The position numbers were made by a program, and so were the translations under genes. A DNA stretch of 64,000 nucleotides from Mobula hypostoma. Taxonomy: Eukaryota. The stretch's first letter is position 1; every line of letters starts with the position of its first letter. This document shows positions 27,671 to 39,695 of the stretch, in pieces. The notes under the pieces were generated by a model, which worked only from the letters and a program-made list of their open reading frames with translations, searched no databases and was not told the origin of the DNA. The DNA lies in the NCBI RefSeq assembly GCF_963921235.1, contig NC_086117.1, positions 25,730,001-25,794,000 of the forward strand. Direction: 5' to 3'.

Positions 27671-28213
27671 AATGGTTCACTCCAGGGGTCCAGATAATGG
27701 AAACAGAGAGAAGACTGCGTGCAAGGAGGAGAATAGGAGGGAAGAGGCCCTTCGGGTTGCTATCTGTTACCTTGTTGAACTTTGAGCTCACATGATGTTA
27801 CTGTTCTATCTCTCCTCCCCCTTCCTATCTCACAACCCTTCCACCCTGCTTCAACCAGCCCTTAAGGCTTGTGCTTGCGAAGGAATTGAAGGAGTTCAGA
27901 AAACAATAATAGTACCTTTAAAGTGTAGGCAAAGAACATTTCAAAGATCTTTAAAACAATTGGAAAGAAAATTATTCATAGAGCAGCTATAGTCACACTG
28001 CCAATGCACACAGTAACATCCCCAATTAGTCCCAGATCAATATTCCTATATACTCTTCAGATATATGTACAAATACAGCCATACACATAGACTTTAAAAA
28101 AAAAACACCTATGTTGATTATGCTTGATCAGAGCCTGACCCAGTTGCTGCCCAGAGGCTGACTGCAACCCCTCACATGCCTGCCCCCCAACATACCTGCA
28201 ACCCCTCACATAC

Positions 28214-28392
28214 CTGCAGGGTTTTGTCAAACCACCTGTTGCCACTGTTCCACCGACTACCTCCACCATGCAACATCTGTGCCGCAATGTGACTCATGTA
28301 GAGTTCGTCTGACACCTTTGGCACTGGAGCATCCAGGCAGAGGGTGAAGATGCTCCGCTGGATACACTTCACAGACTCCTTGTTAACCTTAT
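28214..28392 (-). CDS. CRAT: CRAT exon 7 (DKVNKESVKCIQRSIFTLCLD...NRWFDKTLQ)
   Basis: NRWFDK family motif; 179 nt; AG/GT boundaries. Confidence 0.96.
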
Positions 28393-29370
28393 CTGGAGGG
28401 GCCCGGGGGAAGCAGAAATAGTAAGCACAATTTTAAAATTCTGCAGAGAGGCATTATAGGAAGTTAAAATTAGCTCACACAAATAATGATCTAGTATATT
28501 CCGTTATCACAATATAATGGCAAACAATCACTGGGTTCAAGTGCATAGCTCAGTAAGAACAAGGAGACTAGGAGAACTCCCTGTTGTTTCAAATTCTTCC
28601 ACTGGGTCTGGGCAATCCTGCCAACTCATTCCCAACTTCCCCATGAAAAATAGTTTTAAGCCACATACAGTTGCAGTCCAACTGGTGTCAGATATGGACT
28701 TCCAAGATTTTGAGTTAGCAAAATGGGATAGTGATATAGTATAATTCCAAGTAAGGATGGCATCTGATTTGGAAGAGAACTTGGGGTGAAGGGAGAACCA
28801 GGTTCCCATTGGCTTTCGAAACAGTAAAAACTGCAGGTTTCAGAAGTACTATCAAAGAAGCCTTGGGCACTGTGAACCAGTGTGAACCAGTGCACTGGAG
28901 GGACGAAGGTGTAAGGTCCAAGATTTTGGGTGAGTGCAGAGCTTCTGCCCTGGGTTGTCTTAAGCTTCCTGAGTATTCAGCAGCACTGCCTTTATCTACT
29001 AGTATTGCATCACACTCCTAACATGCCCGTAGATCAGCTTAGCCAAGATTCTGACAGAAATACTAAAGCTAGCCGGTGTCCCATGCAAACCATTCCTGAC
29101 CCCCTTCGAACAATTCCCAAGTGTAGGAATATGTGTGGACTTCAGGACATAGACAGTGATATTAAACCTGATCCTAATTCTCTGTGAGAAGAATGAACAT
29201 GGATCGTTATTGGAGCTATATCATGCAAAAAAAAACCTAAGAAACTTTTGTAAAAGTACAGTTCCTTTGACAATTTCAATGCTCCAACGGTATTTACATT
29301 CAATAATAAACTTCTGAATTATAATCACTGAGATAATAATGAATGAAGCAATTATTTTATGAAGAGCAAC

Positions 29371-29545
29371 CTTTGATTAGCGTGTTGTATGCATTTGCCC
29401 AGCTGTTTCGATGGCCAGTTGTAAGGATCCCAATTGGCTCTTTGTTTGTCTGGAGTGAGGAATGCCAGATCTTCTCCAATTGCATGTAAAGCTGGTCCAC
29501 AGTTAAGGGGCTACCATCGCTGTTATACACAAAGAGCTCAAAGAA
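29371..29545 (-). CDS. CRAT: CRAT exon 6 (FFELFVYNSDGSPLT...AYNTLIK)
   Basis: Inside ORF 29357..29623; 175 nt; weak donor AAG|GTTGCT. Confidence 0.95.
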
Positions 29546-30810
29546 CTGCAAAATACAGATGGAAATCGTGAACTGAAAGTGTGGACTGAAGCTCACAAAG
29601 CAGAACAGGCCAGCATTCAGCACAGTGACAAAGTGAGTTTGAATTAGTCTCAGCGTCCCAGCCTGGAGACAAAATTAGTCTAGATCTCTTACTCGATTAC
29701 CACAAAGTGACGTCACCTTCTTCTCACTAGAAATGCTTACATGTGGAATTTGTTGGTGGGGGTGGGGGGGGGGATAGGAAAAAGTAGTTGAAGGTATTAT
29801 ACGGTCCACTACAAAATCTGCTACACTCCATTTGTGGCAACTGGGTCCTTCATATCCTGCTGCAAACAAGCACGTTTTGTTTTCTGATGATTTGAGTATT
29901 GAATTAACTTTTGCACAATCATCAGTGATTAACTCAACTGCTGACTCAACAAGGAGGTCAGGTGATTTATGAAGCAGGATATCAGAATCTCACTGCTGCC
30001 CCCAAGAACTCCTGTAGCAAGGATCTCCAACAAACACAACCACTTCCTTATTTCAAAAAAAAAATCAAAGAACACTGCAGAATCAAATCAAAGAAATTAG
30101 ATGTTAAAAAACAGAAAATGCTGGAAACATTCCGATCAAATTCTGACAAAGGGTCATTGACCTGAAATCTTTAATTGTTTCTTTCCAAGTTTTTTTTTGC
30201 CTGACCTGAATTTTCCCAGCATTTTCTAGTTTTATACCATCACCTTTTATACAAGACTGACTCCAATCAGTGAAGCTATCCCAGTGGTCAGTTTTACCCA
30301 GGTTCTTTGATGTCACACCGGGTCAAATTCTGTTGTGATACCCTTGGCCTCTGGAATTTGGATGGTTTTACCATCTGAATCGAGGTCATGGAAAGGTCTG
30401 CAAATAAGTGGTCATGATGACATTCAAATGAAGCACGAATTATTAGTGGGAAGTTATTGGTAGCATTGATAGCGTGACTTTCCATCAGCTTGCTAATAAT
30501 CGATGGCAGAATTAAACTCTCATGACTACTGATTAAAATAAAATGTAGCAGCTGGATTTGACCAGCATTGCGTGTTGTGGGGCTTTCCCCACTTATTTCT
30601 GGGTCAATGATTTAAAAAAATAGATTAGTTCCTGTGGTTTGTTTTCAACTAATTAATGTACCTTGGTGGCCCCACGATACAAGGTGAATTAGACAGACCT
30701 TGAATTGCAACGCGAGACAGAAAAGAAAGAAACGTTACTTCAGGGCAGAAACATGGGCAAAGAGAACTTAAAAACCTTTAGCACACTCAAGCAAATGCAA
30801 GCCAACCTAC

Positions 30811-30973
30811 CTGGAAGTTGTGCACAATTGTTACATGGGTTGGTTTTTTAGTTTGGGCATAGTTGACAAAAGAATCACTTTTAGGACCCGGGATCCTGCA
30901 GGATGACAGGATCTGGTAATACTGGTTCATGCAGAGCGGGCTCCCGCCTAGACTCTCCACAGGAAGGGTCTCA
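30811..30973 (-). CDS. CRAT: CRAT exon 5 (ETLPVESLGGSPLCMNQYYQILSSCRIPGP...HNFQ)
   Basis: Inside ORF 30787..30981; AG/GT boundaries; 163 nt keeps frame. Confidence 0.96.
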
Positions 30974-31060
30974 CTGAGCAAAGGAACAAAAGAGGAAAGT
31001 GTTTACTCAGAACAAGACAGAATGACCTGATAAAAACTACAAATGCGCAAAATTTTCAGT

Positions 31061-31576
31061 CGTTCAGTGGCCACTTTATTAGGTATGCCTACTCGTTAAT
31101 GTAAATATCTAACCAGTCAATGCATAAAAGCATGCAGACATGGTCAAGAGGTTCAGTCATTCGGACCAAACATCAGAATGGGGAAGGAACGTGATCTAAG
31201 TGACTTTGATCATGGAATGATTGTTGGTGTCAGAAGGGGTGGTCAAGTATCTCAGAAACTGCCGATCTTCTGGGATTGTCACGCGTTAGCAGTTTCTAGA
31301 GTTTGCAGAGAATTGACAGATAAGCAAAAAACATCCAGTGAGTGGCAGTTCTGTGGGCAAAAACGCCTTGTTAATGACAGAGGTTAGAAGAGAACAGCAG
31401 ACTGGTACACGCCGATAGGAAGGCAACAGTAATTTAAGTAACCATGTGTTACAACTGTGGTGTGCAGAAGAGCAACCCTGAGCACATATCACGTCAAACC
31501 TTGAAGCGGATGGGCTACTGCAGCAGAAGACCACGCCAGGTTCCACTCCTGTACCTAATAAAGTGGCCAGTGAGTG
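31061..31576 (+). mobile_element. Non-autonomous Tc1-like element
   Basis: Inverted ends CAGTGGCCACTTTATTAGGTA and TACCTAATAAAGTGGCCAGTG; HTH remnant MGKERDLSDFDHGMIVG; ends before TA. Confidence 0.9.
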
Positions 31577-31686
31577 TAGGTTTTAAAGTCTGACTATAAA
31601 GTTTGACCCTTTCGAACTCTGCAATGCCTCCATCCTCAACCTGCACCATTTCTACTACTGATTACGTGTCTTCACCTGTCCAGGTT

Positions 31687-31895
31687 ATTACTATTACTAT
31701 TCCTCTCTATGCCTTGTGGCGCATCGGGTGGCAACCTTGCCCTTTCTTTGTCTGTTTTTTGTTTTACGAGGCCGCGAAGCTAGCTCGACCCAGCATGGAT
31801 GGAAAGCATATTAAGAGCTGAACAGATTCGAACCCGGGACCATTTGCCTCCAAGTGTGGTGCTGAAGCCACTACACCTACACCACTGGCTGGCAG
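31687..31895 (-). mobile_element. tRNA-derived SINE
   Basis: A-box-like GGTGTAGTGG and B-box GGTTCGAATC on the minus strand; (AGTAAT)-type tail; 9-bp TSD GTCCAGGTT at 31678-31686 and 31896-31904. Confidence 0.8.
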
Positions 31896-32207
31896 GTCCA
31901 GGTTTTAAAGATTAGCTTTATTTGTCACATCAAAGCAGACGCTGAAGTGTGCTTGGAATGACCACTGCATGCACTTCTCCAGCTTGCTCGTCTCCTTCAA
32001 AATGCTTCTTAACTCCTATCAGTCTGACCTGCGAGCCCTCTCCACAACTCCACTTGCAACTCAACGTCAATTTTTACTCCAATTTATGGTAAAGTGCCTG
32101 GAATATTTTATTAAGTAAAAAAGAAATTGTATTAAGAATCTATATTTTCTTTTTTTCACCAACTTCCCCGTGTTCCTCAGTGAAGTCATAATTTGAACTT
32201 ACTTGTC

Positions 32208-32301
32208 TTTCTTTCTTTTCTTTTTAAATCTTTTTATTAAATTAGTACACAAAAAGTAAACCATGTAGACACTAACACACTGTTGCAATATAAATTTGCA
32301 A
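32208..32301 (-). mobile_element. 94-bp retroposon 3' tail inserted at the CRAT exon 4 donor
   Basis: AATAAA plus A-rich tail on the minus strand; 12-bp TSD AACTTACTTGTC at 32196-32207 and 32302-32313. Confidence 0.8.
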
Positions 32302-32308
32302 AACTTAC

Positions 32309-32362
32309 TTGTCAATCATGGATTTAAAATCCAGCACACCAGCGATCAATTTGGCAGCGAAT
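32309..32362 (-). CDS. CRAT: CRAT exon 4 (FAAKLIAGVLDFKSMIDN)
   Basis: 54-nt exon matching human FAAKLIEGVLDFKVMIDN; donor GTAAGT. Confidence 0.95.
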
Positions 32363-32536
32363 CTGGAAGAGAAGATTGGGACTGAACATTTACAAATGGC
32401 AACAGAACACATTAGACAGGTCCAGGCACTGCTTTACATTGCCCTGGGCAGTTTTATTCACTAATGTTTGAACTTCACATACAAATGGATTTTCATTTCA
32501 TGCTCTCAGGATATCTCGAAGCATTCCATAACCAAT

Positions 32537-33160
32537 GCAACAGGCACAAAATGCTGGAGGAACTCAGCAACCCAGGCAGCATCTATAGAAAAGAGTAAAC
32601 AGTCAGCGTTTCAGACTGAGACCCTTCATCAAGACCGGGAAAAAAGATGCGAAGTCAGTGTAAGAAGAGAGGGGTAGGGGAGGAAGGGGGTAGGTGATAG
32701 GTGAAACCGGGAGATGGGGAGGGCTGAAGTAAAAAGCTGGGAAGTTGATTGGTGAAAGACCAAGAGCTGGAAAAAGGGGAATCTGATAGGAGAGTTCAAA
32801 AGACCATAGAATAAAGGGAAGGGGGGGGCAGAGGGAGGTGATCCATCTGGTGCTCCTCCCCCTTCCCTTTCTTCCATGGTCTTCTGAACTCTCCTATCAG
32901 ATTCCGCCATGTCTAGCCCTTTACCTCTTTTACCAATCAACTTCCCAGCTCTTTACTTTAACCCTCCCCCTCACCCGGTTTCATCTATCACCTACCACCT
33001 TCTCATCTCCCCCACCCCCCCCCCAATCTTGATGAAGGGTCTCAGTCTGAAATGTCGACTGCTTACTCTTTTCCATAGCTGCCACTTGGGCTGCTGAGTT
33101 TCTCCAGCATTTTGTGCGTGTTGCTTTGGATTTCCAGCATCTGCAGATTTTCTCTTGTTT
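32537..33160. repeat. Fold-back pair of Penelope-derived terminal repeats (about 600-bp imperfect palindrome)
   Basis: 32537-32830 is the approximate reverse complement of 32860-33126. Confidence 0.85.
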
Positions 33161-35724
33161 GCCAGAACCATGTGGTCCTTTTGAATTCTTTTCACTGTTG
33201 TAATGCAGGAAATTTGTGCCAAACCAGGTACTATAACCAACAATACAATAATGACCAGATATTCTTGTTATTTTGGTTGAAGGATAAGCATTTATTAGTA
33301 AATAAAAATATTGGCCAGGATAACTCATTGAAATGTGATCGGAGAGGATTGATTTGGATGATGTAAGATTGGTTCCCCTAGCTGGAGAATCCAGAACTGA
33401 ATGCATGTTCATAGCACGAGGTTGGCTGTTTTAGACAGAACTGGGGAGCTTCATTCAATAAAGCTGTGAATCGCTGGAACTCTCTGCACAAGGTAGGTGT
33501 TCAGTTATTAAATACAATCAAATATAAAAACTGTAGTTATCAATCCCATTATTTGAAGCCCCAAATTATCCTGGTCAAACATTTTGGTCCTTTCTAATCC
33601 ATCCACGTCTCTTTTGAAGAGACAATTAATTAGAACTACATATATTAATAATTAAAACTACATACATATCCTACTCCGGAACAGGTCTCAATGTTAATGT
33701 GCTGCATGTTGGTGCATCTTGTTCTGAAGAAATTCTTACCTCCAGCTGCATTATAACAGGAGCCTAATAATGTTGAGATATTTTTGTTTTACAGTCAGAA
33801 CTGTTATGAACAATTTTGAGTCTCATATCTAGGACAGATGTGCTGGAGAATATTAGTAGGTCTGCCTGGATGAATTCCTGATTTTGTCATTATACACGTG
33901 GGGATACATGGAAAGAAGCACCAGAAGTGAAAAGAGGATGATGTTTTGCAACATGAATTTAGAGAGCCAAGTCAGATTAACGAGCAGGACCTCCAAAGCA
34001 ATATCTGTATCATCTCCAATGCCACAGCAGAGTGAGTATAGGTGAAGAGAGGTTAAATGAACGCATGAATAAAGAGATGATGTAGGAGGAAGGGCTTTGG
34101 ACTCCTTGGATCACTGGGATGCTTCTGAGAAGGAGATACCAGTACAAGCAGGATGGGTTGCTCCTGAATCACATTGGGACCAACATTCTTGCTGGGAGGT
34201 TTGCTCGTGCTTTTGGGGAAGGTTTTGAACTAATTTGACAGGGAAATTATGGCGAACAGAGAAATGAAGATGAGTCAGAGAATGATAATGCAGAACAGAG
34301 ATAGTTTTGTAGATCATTTGGACCAAATAATTTGTTTCCATGCAAGAATGAGCCTTAATATCGCTATATACTATATAGAAACACAATTAACAGACTGTGT
34401 CCACAAAGACTGAACTAAGCAGTGGTGAGGTGAGAGAAATAAACAATGACCATCTCTCATTGGGGGGGGGGGGGGGGCTGGCGGCCTGAAGTAGAAGCTG
34501 GTAGTCCAATTACCACTTTGCTGGAGTTCCAGCCCAATTTCTAATCCTTTCCCTTACTCCTGATATTATCCACATTCCATTGCAAGGTTGAAGGTAGTGC
34601 GTCATGTTCCCTGGCCTTTCAGTCACTGTGACTATGCTGAAGAGCTGTCCGTAGTCAATAATATATTCAGGGGATGGGCTGAGAGCTGTGGAAATTAAGC
34701 ATTGTCTCCAGACTACAGCATAGCCTCCAGAGCATGCCTGAAATCGACATACTCCTGTCAGATAATGGCCGCCCCTTGTAAAGAGCTGGGTCAGGCCTGG
34801 AGACTCCCAGCCACACCCCCACAACTTTAATAGTTTTACAGGAAAACTGGCAAATCAATATGAAGCAAGAAACACAATTTTCTCGTCATATACAGGAAAT
34901 CCCATACCCTTGGGGATCATGATCAATCCTGCTCTCGAACACACTGATATGCTAAATGGTTTTTGGGAGCCTGGGTGTTACTGTCACTCACCTTTTATTT
35001 GACATGCACTTTAATTCCAACATCTGCTGCCTTCATCCTAGTTTACGGCAAATCCCCTACACGCCCTCTGACCCGCATTAGCTCTTGTTCTGGCCCTAGC
35101 AGAGTTTTAAAAATTCACACCCTTCTGCTCAGATCTTTCCATAGGTTCTTTATGACTTCCTCTAATGGTACAAACTTCCAAGGTGACGGTGCTTCGCTGA
35201 TTGCAGCTTCTTGCATGTTATTCCCAAACTGCTATGACTCCACCATTGGTGGTGATACCTTCAGTTCTGGAATACCCTCTCTAAATCTCTTTCTTTCAGA
35301 AAGAATTCTGGCCAACGCCCTGTCCACAGGCAGACTTGCTATGCTGAATACAGATTGTTCAATGGTTGAGTCATGGTTGATTATTTGTCTAACTGAAGCT
35401 AAATGCAGGATGCTACCCTTATTCCAATAGAGACTGTTAACTCAAATCATATCAGGAATCAAACTTGCTTTGTGTCACCAAACTCAGCTACACGCACAGA
35501 GCTATTCAAGAGCTCCAGTGAAGACAATAACATTTTACAAAATAAAGGCAAACATCAGGATTTAGGCAGTAAAAACTTAGATTGTTAGAGTGATTTTTGT
35601 GGTTAGGACATGCAGCAATTAACTTTAACTGACTTCAGCCACTAGCCTTCAGGTCTGAATATGCATAGAAGATTAAATTGAAAATGCAGCTCAGAAATTC
35701 AGACCAGACACACCAGGAAACAGG

Positions 35725-36793
35725 TACGTAACTAATTGTCTACATACGACAGAGAGACCACAGTCAGTCCGTGTTGGCAGGAACATCTCTGACTCCATCA
35801 CACTGAGCACTGGATCCCCACAAGGCTGTGTGCTTAGCCCATTGCTGTCTACACTGATAACACATGACTGTGCAGCCAGATTCAAGGAGAACCTGATCAT
35901 TAAATTTGCAGATGATACCACAGTGGTGGGGCTCATCAGCAAAAATGATGAAACAATGTACAGGGAGGAGGTCAAACACCTAGAGAACTGGTGCAGTGAT
36001 AACAACTTGATGCTTAATGCCACCAAAACCAAGGAGATGATCGTCGATTTCAGACGGTCTCAGCCTGAGCACACACCCCTCAGCATCAGCGGCTCCACAG
36101 TGGAGAGAGTGGAAAACATCAAGTTTCTTGGCGTGCAGATCTCGGACAATCTCACCTGGTCCAGGAACACCACTGGGATTGTGAAACGGGCCCAGCAGAG
36201 ATTGCACTTTCTGAGGAAGTTTAAGCAAGCACCACTCCCCACTAACATCTTAATTACATTCTACAGAGGCATGGTTGAGAGTGTGCTGACCTTTTGCATC
36301 ACAAGCTGCAGTGCTGTTGACAAAAAAGCCTTGCAGAGGGTGGTTAGGGGAGCAGAGAAGGTTATTGGGGTCTCCCTACCTTCTGTCCAAGACCTCTTTC
36401 AGAGTCGATGCCTCCAGAAGACACGGTACATCATTAAAGACCCCTCACACCCTCTCCATGAACTGTTTGTTCTTCTGCCATCAGGCAAACGTTACAGGAG
36501 CATCAAAACTAAAACCACAAGGCTACTAAACAGCTTCCTCCCACAGGCAGTCAGACTGCTAAATAGCCGCTCTACCTGACTCTGCTTTGGACACTTTTAA
36601 CTTGCACTGGACACTTATAACTTGATTTTAACTGACATGTGGCTGTTGTGTTTTACTATTTATTGTTATGTTTATTATTTAGTGTTGCGTTTGTTATGTT
36701 ATGATTGCACTGCTCCTGAGAAACACTGTCTCATTCTGCCCTGCAGAGCTGATGTACAGTTAGAGTGACAATAAAGTTTTTGAATCTTGAATC
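35725..36793 (+). mobile_element. Young Rex1/Babar-type LINE, 5'-truncated (ORF 35830-36579)
   Basis: PQGCVLSPLL, IKFADDTTVVGLI, KTKEMIVDFRR and SFLPQAVRLLN motifs; AATAAA plus (TTGAATC)n tail. Confidence 0.92.
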
Positions 36794-36887
36794 CAATCAA
36801 TTCAATCCCATTGCATGGACACAACAGTAATTAACACCTATTTTGGGTGTGATGGTGGGAAAATCCAGGCATTTGAAACTGTTCTAA

Positions 36888-37044
36888 CGCAAACACGAGG
36901 AAAACTGCAGATGCTGGAAATTCAAGCCACACACATCAAAGTTGCTGGTGAACGCAGCAGGCCAGGCAGCATCTCTAGGAAGAGGTACAGTCGACGTTTC
37001 GGGCTGAGACCCAAGGGCTCACCAGCAACTTTGGTGTGTGTGGC
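36888..37044 (-). mobile_element. Short fold-back Penelope-derived repeat
   Basis: Same terminal repeat as at 10881 with a short inverted end; flanking direct repeat TTGAAACTGTTCTAA at 36873-36887 and 37045-37059. Confidence 0.85.
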
Positions 37045-37693
37045 TTGAAACTGTTCTAAGTAGTTCAAAGGAAGCATCGTAAATATGGATTTGTTTGAAT
37101 TCTCCTGAATTTTCTTTGATCTTTAGCACATAAAATGTTGTGTAGTGCTGGATTGAGCAGACCTCCTGCACCGAAAGGGTCTCTCTCTTTCTCTCCCCTC
37201 TCTCATGACTCTTAAGGCTGTCAGCTTATTGGAGATATTTGTCAAATAGAGAGACTGCTTCATATCTACCAGTACTTCTCTCCGGTGACTTCATTCACGC
37301 TACAAGATCATGGTGGCCAGTGAGAACAGGAAACATTTACAGCTTCTAATATAATCAACTATCATCTGCTACTGTAGATCTAAGCAAACTGGCGGAAGGA
37401 ACAAAGGGAAGAAAACAAACTTCACAAATTGTTAGGATCTAGAAAGCTAATTCAATTACAATAATCAAAAGCGAAATAACAATGCACTTGGAAAGGAGGG
37501 TAATAATCAAAGAACAGGAAGTCAGTACCCTTCAAACTATTAAGGGGGAGCACAATAGGTTAAACAACCCACTCGTCAACACCTTCCAAAGAAAAAACAG
37601 AAAAGCGCTCAAGAAGAGAGCGATTTTCCTCCCATGTAAGCCACGAGCAGAAGTAAATTAAATTCTACTACGAGTCCACTGCCACACCATTAC

Positions 37694-37812
37694 CTGAGCT
37701 GTCCTTGACGATCGTGATAATCCTGTTTTGGCAATACCACGCCGGGACTGGAATGAATTACCACAGGAAGTCTGTATTCCAGGTAAGCGGTCCTCAGCCA
37801 CCACTCCGAAAG
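37694..37812 (-). CDS. CRAT: CRAT exon 3 (LSEWWLRTAYLEYRLPVVIHSSPGVVLPKQDYHDRQGQLR)
   Basis: Translated by hand; matches CRAT; AG/GT boundaries; 119 nt. Confidence 0.96.
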
Positions 37813-38487
37813 CTGAACAGAAAAGAAATGAGAAAGTAAACTGGAAGAGGCATGGTTCAAGTATCTACCTAGACTGCAAGTGGAGTAAGGCTTTCCAGCA
37901 ATGGAGAGTTAACTTCCCGATATGTGGTTCTACCTCTTTGCCTGTATCACCCACTCCCCCCACAAAATAGATACTCATCCCTTGAGAGTTCTGCAGCATT
38001 AAGGCTGAATTACTCCCCAAACTGATGAAACACGTAAAGGGGGAGAGAGAATAAAGAAACATTTAAAAAAAACACGCAAAATGAGCTTCCATGCATTTAG
38101 CACATAAATTTACAAATTTACCAATTATTTACTCAAATGTCATCTCTGTATTTCAGTCCACCAGCAGCAATCTTGCACTCCTTTCTTACCCAGAATCTAT
38201 CTACTTCTGCTTTAAAAATATACAAAGACTCCGCTTCCACCATCCTCTGGAGGTTGAGACTCACAAAGACTAAATCCACTGAGAAAATGTCACCTTTTTG
38301 TGTTAAATGGTCAACTCCAAATTCTGTTTTAAATGTGATCCACTGGCCCATTTTCTCCCACAGATGAAACATTCTCTCCATATTCACTTTGTCAATTCCT
38401 CTCAGGTTCTTGTGTGTTTTCAATCACTCTCACTCCTCTAATCTCCACTGGTTATAACATTAAAAAAAATTAAATCTTAGTTCGTAC

Positions 38488-38766
38488 CCAATTTTCTGTC
38501 TTCCTTGCTCTTCTTTCCAAGCTTGCTTGAAGCCTCTCTCCCACTCCGCCCTTTTCAGCAAATTCCTTCACTATTTGTTTAGTGTGTTCTAACTCCTCCT
38601 GACTGAGGATAGGCTCCAATGTCAGCAAGTAGCGTTCAAGAGTTTGTTGGAGAGGAGGAACGGGCAGACGCGGCAAAGACTTTTGGTGGGCGAGGTATCG
38701 CCCAGGCAACTTTGTAGGTGCAATGGGTCGCACTAAGCAGCCAGACCGCAGTGCGCTGGGTCTGAT
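38488..38766 (-). CDS. CRAT: CRAT exon 2 (IRPSALRSGC...AHQKSLPRLPVPPLQQTL...KTENW)
   Basis: LPRLPVPPL carnitine-acyltransferase motif; tctag acceptor and GT donor; 279 nt. Confidence 0.95.
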
Positions 38767-39671
38767 CTAGACAACAAAACCAGATCATGATTAGGTAGCA
38801 AGTTATAAATAAAGACCTTCCGATCATGTTGTTGCTTTAACATAGAAAGATAATTATCAGAATAAATATGACAAACATTAGGACAGGGACAGGTGATTAC
38901 AATCCTGATCAGAGCAACTGTAGGTTTTAAGGAGTATACCAAAGGAAAGAAAAAGATAGAAAAACTGTAGTTCAGGAAGCAATTTCATTGTGTTTGGTCT
39001 TGACAACTGAAGCCATTGGTGCAGCACTGAAAACTGGGAATATGCAAGCCACAATTGAAAAGCTCAGAGATTTTGGAGGTGGATGAAAAAATTACCACTT
39101 TTGGAAAACTTTATAGCCTGGTGAACTCTTATTTTATGCAGAACCTGCAAGGATTTGAATTTTTAGTCGGTCAATGACATTGAACATTGTGGAGACAACA
39201 GCTGCTGACAAATGGCTCCTGTGTTCAAACCATATAGTGCAGACAGGAGCTCAGGTTTCACTTCACTGAATGTCAGAATAAATATTGCACCTCATAATAA
39301 CCACCTAGAGAAAAGAAAACATTTGTACAAACTAAAAACAATCGTAAACATCCCCAAAATCTTGCCTTGCCTCATCACCTTTGCAAGCAAGTGAGAATAT
39401 GAGATTCTCTACAAAATTGAATTCTCTGAGAGGAAATTAAGGATCTGTGGTTAATAAGCAGTGACTTGAATGGATATTCTAGAATAGGACTGTAACTCCG
39501 ATTAAATTATCTGAAGCATCTCCCAGATATAGAACACAGATCTTTAACCCTGCTCTGCAAGCTAATATACAAGCATGTTAGGGAAATTAATTACAGTTTT
39601 GTGTTAGTAGGCAAGCACTGGCAACTGCTTTGTTCTCAGAAAATGTTGATCTGTAATAAATTATACTGTAC

Positions 39672-39695
39672 CTTTTGGGAATTCTTTCTATCCAT
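39672..39695 (-). CDS. CRAT: Putative alternative CRAT first coding exon (MDRKNSQK)
   Basis: ACG-ATG-G Kozak context, 24 nt, then AAG|GTACAG donor in phase 0, compatible with exon 2. Resembles the recalled pigeon CRAT N-terminus MDRKQKQAEK. GC box at 39739-39745. Confidence 0.65.

Noticed and set aside
34963-35430. 155-aa plus-strand ORF
   Set aside because: No recognisable domain or splice context; overlaps decayed LINE-like sequence.
38470-38733. ORF-track start 'MRPIAP' as an internal CRAT start
   Set aside because: The codon is GTG inside exon 2, not an ATG.
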